A stretch of DNA of 64,000 nt from Macrostomum lignano (lineage: Eukaryota), in the NCBI GenBank assembly GCA_002269645.1, contig NIVC01003642.1:22130-86129 (forward strand). Direction: 5' to 3'. The notes under the pieces are model-generated. The model did not search any database and was not told the origin of the DNA. It was given only the letters and a program-made list of their open reading frames with translations. Below are positions 33,650 to 45,461 of this stretch, in pieces. Position 1 is the first letter of the stretch, and the number at the start of each line of letters is the position of its first letter. A program made the position numbers and the translations under genes.

Positions 33650-35224
33650 TGCCACTTGTTATCCTGAGTGTGTCATTTGCCATTAGTGTGCCACTTGTTA
33701 TCCTGAGTGTGCCATTTGTCATTAGTGTGCCACTTGTTATCCTGAGTGTGCCATTTGCCATTAGTGTGCCACTTGTTATCCTGAGTGTGCCATTTGCCAT
33801 TAGTGTGCCACCTGTTATCCTGAGTGTGTCATTTGTCATTAGTGTGCCACTTGTTATCCTGAGTGTGTCGTTTGCCATTAGTGTGCCACTTGTTATCCTG
33901 AGTGTGTCGTTTGTTATTAGTGTGCCACTTGTTATCCTGAGTGTGTCGTTTGTTATTAGTGTGCCACTTGTTATCCTGAGTGTGCCATTTGTTATCCTGA
34001 GTGTGCCCTTTGTTATCCTGAGTGTGTCATTTGTTATCCCGAGTATTCCATTGCCATTAGTGGGCCACCTGTTATCTTGAGTATGCCCTTTGTTATCCTG
34101 AGTGTGCCATTTGTTATCCTGAGTGTGCCCTTTGTTATCCTGAATGTGCCATTTGTTATCCTGAGTGTGCCCTTTGTTATCCTGAATGTGCCATTTGTTA
34201 TCCTGAGTGTGTCATTTGTTGTCCTGAATGTGTCATTTGTTATCCTGAGTGTGCCATTTGTTATCCTGAGTGTGTCATTTGTTATCCTGAATGTGTCATT
34301 TGTTATCCTGAGTGTGTCATTTGTTATCCTGAGTGTGTCATTTGTTATCCTGAGTGTGTCATTTGTTATCCTGAGTGTGTCATTTGTTATCCTGAGTGTG
34401 TCATTTGTTATCCTGAGTGTGTCATTTGTTATCCTGAGTGTGTCATTTGTCATCCTGAGTGTGCCATTTGTTATCCTGAGTGTGTCATTTGTTATCCTGA
34501 GTGTGCCACTTGTTATCCTGAGTGTGCCATTTGTCATCCTGAGTGTGCCATTTGTCATTAGTGTGCCATTTGTCATCCTGAGTGTGCCATTTGTCATCCT
34601 GAGTGTGCCATTTGTCATCCTGAGTGTGCCATTTGTCATTAGTGTGCCATTTGTCATCCTGAGTGTGCCATTTGTTATCCTGAGTGTGTCATTTGTTATC
34701 CTGAGTGTGCCACTTGTTATCCTGAGTGTGCCATTTGTCATCCTGAGTGTGCCATTTGTCATTAGTGTGCCATTTGTCATCCTGAGTGTGCCATTTGTCA
34801 TCCTGAGTGTGCCATTTGTCATTAGTGTGCCATTTGTCATCCTGAGTGTGCCATTTGTCATCCTGAGTGTGCCATTTGTCATCCTGAGTGTGCCATTTGT
34901 CATCCTGAGTGTGCCATTTGTCATCCTGAGTGTGCCATTTGTTATCCTGAGTGTGCCATTTGTCATCCTGAGTGTGCCATTTGTTATCCTGAGTGTGCCA
35001 TTTGTCATCCTGAGTGTGCCATTTGTTATCCTGAGTGTGCCATTTGTCATCCTGAGTGTGCCATTTGTCATCCTGAGTGTGCCATTTGTTATCCTGAGTG
35101 TGCCATTTGTCATCCTGAGTGTGCCATTTGTCATCCTGAGTGTGCCATTTGTTATCCTGAGTGTGCCATTTGTCATCCTGAGTGTGCCATTTGTTATCCT
35201 GAGTGTGCCATTTGTCATTAGTGT
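33650..35224. repeat. 21-bp (plus 18-bp variant) minisatellite (CTGAGTGTGCCATTTGT[C/T]ATC)n
   Basis: Direct tandem units; the ILSVPFV and TNGTLRI ORFs are artefacts of a unit length divisible by 3. Confidence 0.97.
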
Positions 35225-35871
35225 GCGTACCGTTTTTCTGTCACCTTTAAGGCCAGATTGCGTCATGCACGCTCAGTCTTAGCGATGCAATTATTAAACT
35301 CTATGCATGGAGACAGGCCTGATTTGCTTCCCCGATTGCATGGTTAATTTTTCAAAGGGTGACCTCCTTGACCTCGGCAGACAAACAGGCAAAACATTGG
35401 CAAGGTAGTTTAGTCGTAAAAGAGATTAAGATTAACAGTAAGCATTTCGGTAACCTTACTTTATATTTCTTATATCCACTATTTCAGTTGAGGGAATTTA
35501 GTCAAATACTTAATTGGTTATTAATATTGAAGCGACTAGAGGCGATGCAGGATGCAGCTGGATGCCAGTGGGGCTTGAATGCACAAAGCCATAAGAGAGA
35601 TGAGCTTGAAATGAAGTTTATGCGCGAATAATAATAGTTCCCCATATGGGATGTGCGGCCTAGCCAGGGAAGATAATCCCAATGCCTCTGGGACAGTGTG
35701 GATACCCCCATCTCGATCTCTATATGATTAGAGCAGATCAGCCATCACCCTTAATCACAGAGGCCGTCCATCAGGGGTGCCGATTCTCATAAATGATGCA
35801 TCGCTTTTCAGTGGAACACAGGAGGCGGATTAGACAGTCAAAAAAAGAATTTTTGAGTCCTCAGAGGTGGC

Positions 35872-36357
35872 TCAGGAGCACTCGGTGCAGTCGAATATCT
35901 TCATCTGGGCGGCCAGGACGCTGAACTCGTCGAAGTTGATCACTCCGTCCTGGTCGCTGTCAGCCGCTGTCATCATGTCGTCCAGCTCGCGGTCGGACAT
36001 GCCCTCCTGCAGGATCTCGTTCATGACGAACTTCAGCTCGGACTTGGAGATCACCCCGTCCTGGTTCTGGTCCAGCAGCTCGAAGATTCGCTGCTTCTCC
36101 GACTGCGGCTTGTGGCCGCCCTTCTCCACGAAGGCGTTCATCATGGCGACGAATTCCTGGAATTCCAGAGTGCCGTTCGAGTTCTTGTCGAACTCGCGGA
36201 TGAGAGCCTCCGCCTCCGGACGTGTGACCGTCTGGCCGGCCGCCCGCATCAGGCTGACGAGCTCCTTGACCTCGATGGCGCCGTTGCCGTTGGTGTCGGA
36301 CTTGTTGAACACCTCCCGGAGCACTTCAACATTGCTGCCGCCGTGTTTGTCGCACAT
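35872..36357 (-). CDS. Intronless calmodulin-like protein, 161 aa, four EF-hands
   Basis: The ATG at 36357 gives MCDKHGGSNVEVLREVF...CTECS*. EF loops: DTNGNGAIEVKE, DKNSNGTLEFQE, DQNQDGVISKSE, DSDQDGVINFDE. Codon usage is GC3-rich. It is too divergent to be canonical calmodulin. The upstream part of the 290-aa track ORF is probably not coding. Confidence 0.92.
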   Translation of the reverse strand: MCDKHGGSNVEVLREVFNKSDTNGNGAIEVKELVSLMRAAGQTVTRPEAEALIREFDKNSNGTLEFQEFVAMMNAFVEKGGHKPQSEKQRIFELLDQNQDGVISKSELKFVMNEILQEGMSDRELDDMMTAADSDQDGVINFDEFSVLAAQMKIFDCTECS

Positions 36358-36865
36358 GTTCAACGAATTTGGTACACTTTTGGCTGACTGGCTGCAAAGG
36401 TTCTGCTGCCTCTGTGCCCCCGACTCAGCTGCTGCTGTCTTTGACAAAGGCAAAATATCCTGGGGCAGCAGCCTCCGGGGGGAGGTGGGGGGCAGCGGGC
36501 CTATCCTGGCATGGCAGAGGTCCCTCGCCCTCCCTCCCCCGAACGCCTCTGTCCGTCCTTCCTTCATCCTAGCAGTTTTGCGGTGCGGCATCGCCATGCA
36601 CAGCCATGACAGGCCGAAAAAGAGGGGTAGGGAACAGCATGGGGAACAAGGCCAGCCCAGTGACCGGGTAGGTAAGTTTTCAGTTGCTGAGGTGGAGGCA
36701 TGGGGCATGGGGCTCTGTACTGCGGTCTGGGAGAGATGCTGCATGCCTGCCAGCCAGACTGCGTGCTGTCTTCGAATCGGAAATCAACAGTAATGGCTTG
36801 TCGTAATTTTGTGTGGAGCACTATAATGCTTCTGGACTGTGAAAATTGTTCTTATTCCAAGCTTC

Positions 36866-39800
36866 ATATTCCCCAGTGTCATATTCCCCAAATATTATAT
36901 TCCTAAAATGTCATATTCCCCAAATATTATATTCCCCAGTGTCATATTCCCCAAATATTATATTCCCCAGTGTCATATTCCCCAAATATTATATTCCCCA
37001 GTGTCATATTCCCCAAATATTATATTCCCCAGTGTCATATTCCCCAAATATTATATTCCCCAGTGTCATATTCCCCAAATATTATATTACTAAAATGTCA
37101 TATTCCCCAAATATTATATTCCCCAGTGTCATATTCCCCAAATATTATATTCCCCAGTGTCATATTCCCCAAATATTATATTCCCCAGTGTCATATTCCC
37201 CAAATATTATATTCCCCAAATGCCATATTCCCCAAATATTATATTCCCCTGTGTCATATTCCCCAAATATCATATTCCCCAGTGTCATATTCCCCAAATA
37301 TTATATTCCTAAAATGTCATATTCCCCAAATATTATATTCCCCAGTGTCATATTCCCCAAATATTATATTCCTAAAATGTCATATTCCCCAAATATTATA
37401 TTCCTAAAATGTCATATTCCCCAAATATTATATTCCTAAAATGTCATATTCCCCAAATATTATATTCCCCAGTGTCATATTCCCCAAATATTATATTCCC
37501 CAGTGTCATATTCCCCAAATATTATATTCCCCAGTGTCATATTCCCCAAATATTATATTACTAAAATGTCATATTCCCCAAATATTATATTCCCCAGTGT
37601 CATATTCCCCAAATATTATATTTCCCAAATGCCATATTCCCCAAATATTATATTCCCCTGTGTCATATTCCCCAAATATTATATTCCCCAGTGTCATATT
37701 CCCCAAATATTATATTCCTAAAATGTCATATTCCCCAAATATTATATTCCCCAGTGTCATATTCCCCAAATATTATATTCCCCAGTGTCATATTCCCCAA
37801 ATATTATATTCCCCAAATGCCATATTCCCCAAATATTATATTCCCCTGTGTCATATTCCCCAAATATTATATTCCCCAGTGTCATATTCCCCAAATATTA
37901 TATTCCCCAGTGTCATATTCCCCAAATATTATATTCCTAAAATGTCATATTCCCCAAATATTATATTCCCCAGTGTCATATTCCCCAAATATTATATTCC
38001 TAAAATGTCATATTCCCCAAATATTATATTCCCCAGTGTCATATTCCCCAAATATTATATTCCTAAAATGTCATATTCCCCAAATATTATATTCCCCAGT
38101 GTCATATTCCCCAAATATTATATTCCTAAAATGTCATATTCCCCAAATATTATATTCCCCAAATATTATATTCCCCGGTGTCGTATTCCCCAAATATTAT
38201 ATTCCCCAGTGTCATATTCCCCAAATATTATATTCCTAAAATGTCATATTCCCCAAATATTATATTCCCCAGTGTCATATTCCCCAAATATTATATTCCT
38301 AAAATGTCATATTCCCCAAATATTATATTCCCCAAATATTATATTCCCCAGTGTCATATTCCCCAAATATTATATTCCCCGGTGTCGTATTCCCCAAATA
38401 TTATATTCCCCAGTGTCATATTCCCCAAATATTATATTCCTAAAATGTCATATTCCCCAAATATTATATTCCCCAGTGTCATATTCCCCAAATATTATAT
38501 TCCTAAAATGTCATATTCCCCAAATATTATACTCCCCAGTGTCATATTCCCCAAATATTATATTCCTAAAATGTCATATTCCCCAAATATTATATTCCCC
38601 AAATATTATATTCCCCAGTGTCATATTCCCCAAATATTATATTCCCCAAATGCCATATTCCTCAAATATTATATTCCCCTGTGTCATATTCCCTAAATAT
38701 TATATTCACCAGTGTCATATTCCCCAAATATTATATTCCCCAGTGTCATATTCCCCAAATATTATATTCCCCAATGTCATATTCCCCAAATATTATATTC
38801 CTAAAATGTCATATTCCCCAAATATTATATTCCCCAGTGTCATATTCCCCAAATATTATATTCCCCAGTGTCATATTCCCCAAATATTATATTCCCCAGT
38901 GTCATATTCCCCAAATATTATATTCCCCAAATGCCATATTCCCCAGTGTCATATTCCCCAAATATTATATTCCCCAAATGCCATATTCCCCAAATGCCAT
39001 ATTCCCCAAATGCCATATTCCCCAAATGTCATATTCCCCAAATATTATATTCCCCAATGTCATATTCCCCAAATTTCATATTTTCCAATGTCATCTTCCC
39101 CAAATATTATATTCCCCAGTGTCATATTCCCCAAATATTGTATTCCCCAAATGCCATATTCCCCAAATATTATATTCCCCAGTGTCATATTCCCCAAATA
39201 TTATATTCCCCAAATGCCATATTCCCCAAATGCCATATTCCCCAAATGCCATATTCCCCAAATGCCATATTCCCCAGTGTCATATTCCCCAAATATTATA
39301 TTCCCCAGTGTCATATTCCCCAAATATTATATTCCCCAAATGCCATATTCCCAGTGTCATATTCCCCAAACATTATATTCCCCAAATGCCATATTCCCCA
39401 AATGCCATATTCCCCAAATGTCATATTCCCCAAATATTATATTCCCCAATGTCATATTCCCCAAATGTCATATTTTCCAATGTCATCTTCCCCAAATATT
39501 ATATTCCCCAGTGTCATATTTCCCAAATATTGTATTCCCCAAATGCCATATTCCCCAAATATTATATTCCCCAGTGTCATATTCCCCAAATATTATATTC
39601 CCCAAATGCCATATTCCCCAAATGCCATATTCCCCAAATGCCATATTCCCCAAATGCCATATTCCCCAAATGTCATATTCCCCAAATATTATATTCCCCA
39701 ATGTCATATTCCCCAAATGTCATATTTTCCAATGTCATCTTCCCCAAATATTATATTCCCCAGTGTCATATTCCCCAAATATTATATTCCCCAGTGTCAT

Positions 39801-39995
39801 ATTCCCCAAATATTATATTCCCCAAATGCTATATTCCCCAAATGCCATATTCCCCAAATGCCATATTCCCCAAAAGTCATATTCCCCAAATATTATATTC
39901 CCCAATGTCATATTCCCCAAATGCCATATTCCCCTAATGTCATATTTTCCAATGTCATATTCCCCAAGTGTCATATTTTCTAATGTCATATTCCC
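36866..39995. repeat. Satellite of about 3.1 kb, 31-bp unit (CAGTGTCATATTCCCCAAATATTATATTCCC) made of 15/16-bp subunits
   Basis: Direct tandem units; the 3' half shifts to AAATGCCATATTCCCC variants. The 860-aa ORF is an artefact. Confidence 0.97.
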
Positions 39996-40424
39996 AATCA
40001 CATTAATTTTTCGAAAATTATGAGGAGTATTAGATAAATTTTGTATGTCGAATCGATCATAAATAATAATCAAGTCATTAGTTTATGTAGCTACTCGTGG
40101 AATTACATTCATCTCATTAGCTCGGCCTATTGCAATAATATCTCATAGGCCTGTCATGTGATCTCTTAAGAGGAGTAGACATTAGTACTGCATCAATTAT
40201 TTAAGTCGAATGCAGCCTCGTTGTTTCTCTCCCTAGTCGAGTGGCTCTTTCGGATGGAATGTCCGTCTTTGAATTTGCTCGTAATGCGATATCGTCTGCC
40301 ATCTCAGTTAGCTCGTCTTCTCATCTTATAACGAGCTCGCAAACTCAGCTCGTTAAATGAAAAGTTTCTCAGCTCATTTCCTTCTCAATTAAAACTAGCT
40401 GGGTTAAAACCTCTCCTTTCATTA

Positions 40425-41560
40425 TCCCGTCACTATCCATTCATTATCCCGTCACTATCCCTCCATTATCCTGTCACTCTCCCTTCACTTTCCCTTCATT
40501 ATCCCTTCACTCTCCCGTCACTCTCCCTTCACTTTCTCTTCATTATCCCTTCACTCTCCCTTCATTCTTCCTTCACTCTCCCTTCATTATCCCTTCACTC
40601 TCCCTTCATTATCCCTTCACTCTCCCTTCATTCTTCCTTCACTCTCCCTTCATTATCCCTTCATTATCCCTTCATTATCCCTTCACTCTCCCTTCATTAT
40701 CCCGTCACTCTCCCTTCATTATCCCTTCACTATCCCTTCATTGGGGAGGCTTCACAAGCGCTAATTTTCATAAGCGCTAACTAACCTACTTTCACAAGCG
40801 CTAAACTTCACAATAGCTAAAAATTCGCCACCTACTTTCACAAACGCTAAATTTCACAAGCGCTAAACTTCAGAATAGCGAAACCACCTACTTTCACAAA
40901 CGCTAAACTTCATAAGCGCTAAACTTCAGAAGCGCTAAACTTCACAACCGCTAAAATACGAATGTCGGCTACTTTCACAAGCGCTAAACTTCACAAGCGC
41001 TAAACTTCACAAGCGCTAAACCTGTACTAAACTTGGATTGTAAAGGTTAGCGTTTGTGAAATTTAGCGCTTGTGAAGTTTAGCGCTTGTGAAGTTTAGCG
41101 CTTATGAAGTTTAGCGCTTGTGAAAGTAGCCGACATTCGTATATTAGCGGTTTTTAACGTTTAGCGTTTGTGAAGTTTAGCGCTTGTGAAATTTAGCGCT
41201 TGTGAAGCTTAGCGCTTGTGAAGTTTAGCGCTTGTGAAATTTAGCGCTTGTGAAAGTCAATGTCGTTAGCGGTTATGAAAATTAGCGCTTGTGAAAGCGA
41301 CCCCCTTCATTATCCCTTCACTATCCCTTCATTATCCCGTCACTCTCCCTTCATTATCCCTTCACTATCCCTTCATTATCTCTTCACTCTCCCTTCATTA
41401 TCCCTTCACTATCCCTTCATTATCCTGTCACTTTCCCTTCATTATCCCTTCATTATCCCTTCACTCTGCCTTCATTATCCCGTCACTCTCCTTTTATTAT
41501 CCCTTCACTCTCCCTTCATCATTTGTGTCACTATCCCTTCACTCTCTCTTTATCATCCCT
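40425..41560. repeat. Pyrimidine-rich minisatellite (ATCCCTTCACT/ATCCCTTCATT) split by a foldback insertion
   Basis: The same units occur at 40425-40742 and 41305-41560. Confidence 0.9.
40743..41304. mobile_element. 562-bp foldback/MITE element with internally repetitive inverted arms
   Basis: Left end GGGGAGGCTTCACAAGCGCTAATTTTCATAAGCGCTAAC; the reverse complement of the right end is GGGGTCGCTTTCACAAGCGCTAATTTTCATAACCGCTAAC. The left arm is built of 16-bp AAACTTCACAAGCGCT units and the right arm of their reverse complement. CTTCATT flanks both ends. Confidence 0.88.
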
Positions 41561-42284
41561 TCATTACATCTAACTCCCTCTCTCTTCGTTCACTCCTGCC
41601 TTCCTCTCTATCTCTCCGTACAGTTTGGCCTTTGAGTTTGGGGAATGGGTCTGGCCGTTCTGAGCGACTTCTCCGCAATTAACTTACAACTGCAATGGCA
41701 AGGCTGGCACAGGGGAAGCCAGGCAGCGCGCCCGAGCTGATTGCGGACTCGCGGAGGCGGCCAGTCTCTGGGGAGGAAGCTGGAGCAGAGGTGGCTGAGC
41801 GCGAGCTTAGATAGAAGGGGTCAGAGACTGAGTAAAATAGGGATTTTCTCGGTCGCCGTTTTTTTGACTACCCGAATCATCCCCAGAGAATCTGTGGGGA
41901 CCGAAGGCCTGCGAGCGGACTTGAAATGAGCGCAGGAAAAGGAGATTTGCATAATCCCCCCAGGCCCGGCTGCTCCAGCCACCGCTGCTGCCCCGGGTGC
42001 GACAGGGCATTTCGGGGATGCGAGACTGGAGTGCTCCAGTCTGAGTTGGGATTTATCAACTGGCGGCCACAGGCTGGGCGATGGAAATTGTCTTTATTAT
42101 CTTAGCTCTGCCTGTTTGAACCTCCTGCATGGCTTCCCGCTGACTCGTTAGCTGACTGACCTCAAGACTTGCACTTCTCGAAACCGATAGGGAAGAGGAG
42201 GGCAATGGTGACAGAGAAACGCTGGAATAGGAGAAGTTGGGAAGGACTGGGAAGATTGAGGAAGATTTGAGCAGATTGGGAATA

Positions 42285-42520
42285 TTGGAGAAGCTTGGGG
42301 AAGCTTGGGGAAGACTGAGGAAGCTTAGTGAAGACTGGGGAAGATTGGGGCAAATTTGAAATATTGGGGAAGCTTGCTGAAGCTTGGGAAGACTGGGTAA
42401 GATTTGGGAAAACTGAGAAAGCTTAGGGAAGCTTAGGGAAGCCTGGGGAAGCTTGGGGAAGCTTGGGGAAGCTTGAGGAAGCTTGGGGAAGCTTGAGGAA
42501 GCTTGGGGAAGCTTGGGGAA
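42285..42520. repeat. 10/11-bp minisatellite (GAAGCTTGGG[G])n
   Basis: Direct tandem units. Confidence 0.88.
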
Positions 42521-42932
42521 TATTGGGTAAGAGTTTTAAAATGTCACGGAAGATTGATAAGGAAATGGTAGACAACATGCAAGTTTTACGAGTGCTAGGT
42601 AATCTACGAAGATTCGCCCCCCGTGACACACGAACAATACATGCCTGCCCTTGTCTATTCAATTTTCAATAGACAATCAGTTGAATGGAACTGGAGCGGC
42701 AGCTCACTGCTCATACTTGTACTTTTCCGCGACAACATTTTGCATAGGTGGGGGAATCGTCACAATATAATCATATCTGGACGCAAGCGGGAGGCTTGAC
42801 AGGACTGGGAAGGAGAACAAGGGAGTAACTAGTAAGTCAATATATTCGGCATGAACAATGGGACCGCACATGGTAGATGAAAATGCGCTTTGTCACACAC
42901 GAGAGGGCTGGGTGATGTCGGAGGCTGCTTGG

Positions 42933-43092
42933 TCAGTTACCGGTGACGCTGCGCACCGCTTCAGCGTAGGACTTGCCCGCTGCGGCCGCGGCGGCTGCGG
43001 CGGCTACGGCGGCTGCGGTGGCCGCGGCAGACGAAGCCAACGGAAGATGATGATGATGGTGAATCTGCGGCGGCGGAGGGGGCGGAGGTGGT

Positions 43093-43130
<38 letters not shown>

Positions 43131-43263
43131 TTGCTGGTGGTGCCAGCAGGGGCAGCGCAGGCCGCTGCCGCCGCCGCCGCCGCCGCCGCCTCGACGCTCG
43201 CAGCTGTCAACAGACCGGCCTCGCTGGTGGCTTTGCAATCCAAAAGCGATGCCGCCGGAACCC

Positions 43264-43295
<32 letters not shown>

Positions 43296-43826
43296 TCCTC
43301 CGCCACCGCCGCTGCCAATTCCGACGGCAAGTCCGCCGCCAGCGATGTCGGCCGACGCCTCCCGCCGGGCCCGGCCGCCGCCCCTCAGATTGCCGCCGCC
43401 GCCGCTGTGGGCCTTGCCGGACCCTCCGCCCGTCTGCTTCGGCTGCTTCTTCCGGTCGGCCTTCGACTTCCGCTTGCCGCCGCTGCTGGAAGGCGTGGCC
43501 GACATCGCGGCCGCCACTGTGGATGATGGAAGCTGCTGCTGCTGCTGCTGCTGCTGCTGCGAATACCGGGTCTCGCTGCGCCAAAGATTGCGGATGTCCT
43601 GTCGGCGGAGTACGGCGCCGCCGCTGAACGCTTGAAAAAGCTGCTGCTGCTCGTCGGCGGAGGTCCGGGCGCTCAGCAGGGCGTCGAACGTCATCGACTG
43701 CGACAGGATGGCCGCGATTTTCTCGTCCAGCGAGTCCAACTGGCTGCTCCAGATGGCGGCGGCGCGGGCCCGCCAGTAGAACTCCTCCCGCACGGCCGAG
43801 TCCATGCAGATGTACAGGTGGGATTC
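42933..43826 (-). CDS. Terminal exon of an unidentified protein (short globular segment plus poly-Q/G/P/H/A tail)
   Basis: The open frame with GC3-rich codons starts after the acceptor TCAG|GAATCC: ESHLYICMDSAVREEFYWRARAAAIWSSQLDSLDEKIAAILSQ..., followed by a basic KRKSKADRKK patch, and ends KSYAEAVRSVTGN*. No family recognised and upstream exons were not found. Confidence 0.65.
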
Positions 43827-44129
43827 CTGACTGGATTTAATTTTTTTTTCTTGTTGAGCTACTGATTGAGTTCCCAATAGGGCTTGGGGTTGCGTGCTGG
43901 GGCTGCACGGGAGGCGGACACAAGCTGCGGCCTCGGCTGGTGCCAAGCAGTCTATGGGGAAATGCGGCCTGGTAGTTGGATTTGCAGCTGATCTGTGCCT
44001 TTTAGTGTGTCAAATAATTTAATTAATAGTACGTTAATACCCATGCTTTAAGGGCGTTAATGGGAAAATCAGAGGGCGCCGTTAGTATTATTGTGTCATG
44101 GACATTTGTGTCCTTGACAAAGTGGAACA

Positions 44130-44170
44130 AAATTAGCGGGCAGTTAATGTCATTAACTGCCCGCTAATTT
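44130..44170. repeat. Perfect 20-bp-arm palindrome with a 1-nt spacer
   Basis: AAATTAGCGGGCAGTTAATG-T-CATTAACTGCCCGCTAATTT; the right arm is repeated at about 44211-44230. Confidence 0.9.
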
Positions 44171-45002
44171 GCATTAAAGTAAGTCTGAAATAGACAATCG
44201 GGCGTTAAATGTCATTAACTGCCCGCTAATTTGAATTAAAGTAAGTTTGACTCCTGCAAGCGGGCTTAAATGTAGTCTATGGCATTAAAAGGCAAGAATA
44301 AGTTCCCAGCGGGCACAAAGGTCAAGGTACAATTATTTTGCTACTCATGGTTTTATTGCAACAGTAACAGCAATTCTGCAAACATACATTTAACTGAATC
44401 TTATATACTAAATCTGAAAATGTTTGTAACTTTGTTTATAAGTTTCGCATCTCCTCTTGAACCACTTGGTAGATTTTCGTCAAATTTGTTTCATTCGATG
44501 TGGAATTCTACTGGGACCATGTGGTCTAATTTTCATTTTGATGTCGTAGTGTGAAGCCTCTCAAATTGGAGAAATACTGTATTTCGCCTATCTAATTAGT
44601 GTATTTTTCTCGCAGTCAGAGTTAAATTTTCAATTTTATATCTATGGTGGTCCGTGAAGTTGACTACGCGGCAGCAGCATCAGCAGCAGCAGCAGCGGCT
44701 CGAGTCTAAATAAAGTCTTTCAATATATAAAGCTAATTATATAGTGTATTTTTCTCGCATTGATTTTATAACCTTGAAGTTCTTTAAGGTGAGTTCAACC
44801 GGTGAGTTCAACGGTCAGTCTGTTCAACTTCGATTCATTCGTATTCGTGCTGGATTGGAGTGATTTGTCAACCGGTCGACCTGCCTGATCTTCTGTTTGT
44901 TGTTCGATTATTTGTCGGCCTGAACCGGTCGACCGGTCTCAACAATTTCATGTGAATGTGTCTCTTAGTTTTTGATACCTGGGCGCGGGTGTGCTGTCGC
45001 TC

Positions 45003-45416
45003 ATGCCGAAGAGGAAGCGAAAGAGTGAGTTAGTAAAGAGTCGGGAAGCAAAATTGCGTCGTCGGCAGGAAACAGCGGAGGAGCGTAATTCGCGGCTTGA
45101 GAAACAACTAGAGTATAGTCGGAAGCGTATACAGAACGAATCCATAAGTGCACGGTCTGACAGGTTAGATGCCGCGCGTGTTCGCACGGCTGAAAGGCGA
45201 GCTAATGAGTCAGACGCAGGGCGTGTCTCTCGATTGAACGCCGCACGTGCCCACGACGCCGATATGCGAGCTACTGAGACAGACGCAGCACGCGCCTCAA
45301 GATTGGATGCTGCGCGTGTTCGCGCTTCGAAACAACGTGCCACAGAGACTGACGCAGTGCGCGCAGACAGACGGGACGCAATTGGTTACTTTCGAATTAT
45401 TGAAAGCAGGATGTGA
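45003..45416 (+). pseudogene. Helitron RepHel N-terminus with STPR-like 23-aa repeats, truncated
   Basis: ETAEERNSRLEKQLEYSRKRIQN / ESISARSDRLDAARVRTAERRAN / ESDAGRVSRLNAARAHDADMRAT / ETDAARASRLDAARVRASKQRAT, each exactly 23 aa, preceded by the NLS-like MPKRKRK. Confidence 0.75.
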
Positions 45417-45461
45417 CAGTGGGTCTCATACTTTACTCTATTTTGTTTCTAACCATTTTAG

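Noticed and set aside
35872-36744. 290-aa calmodulin-like ORF with a long N-terminal extension
   Set aside because: The upstream 129 codons lack the GC3 bias and any domain signal. The ATG at 36357 gives a typical calmodulin-sized protein.
42858-43635. Plus-strand poly-Leu/poly-Ala ORFs
   Set aside because: These are antisense shadows of the CAG/GGC triplet runs in the minus-strand exon.
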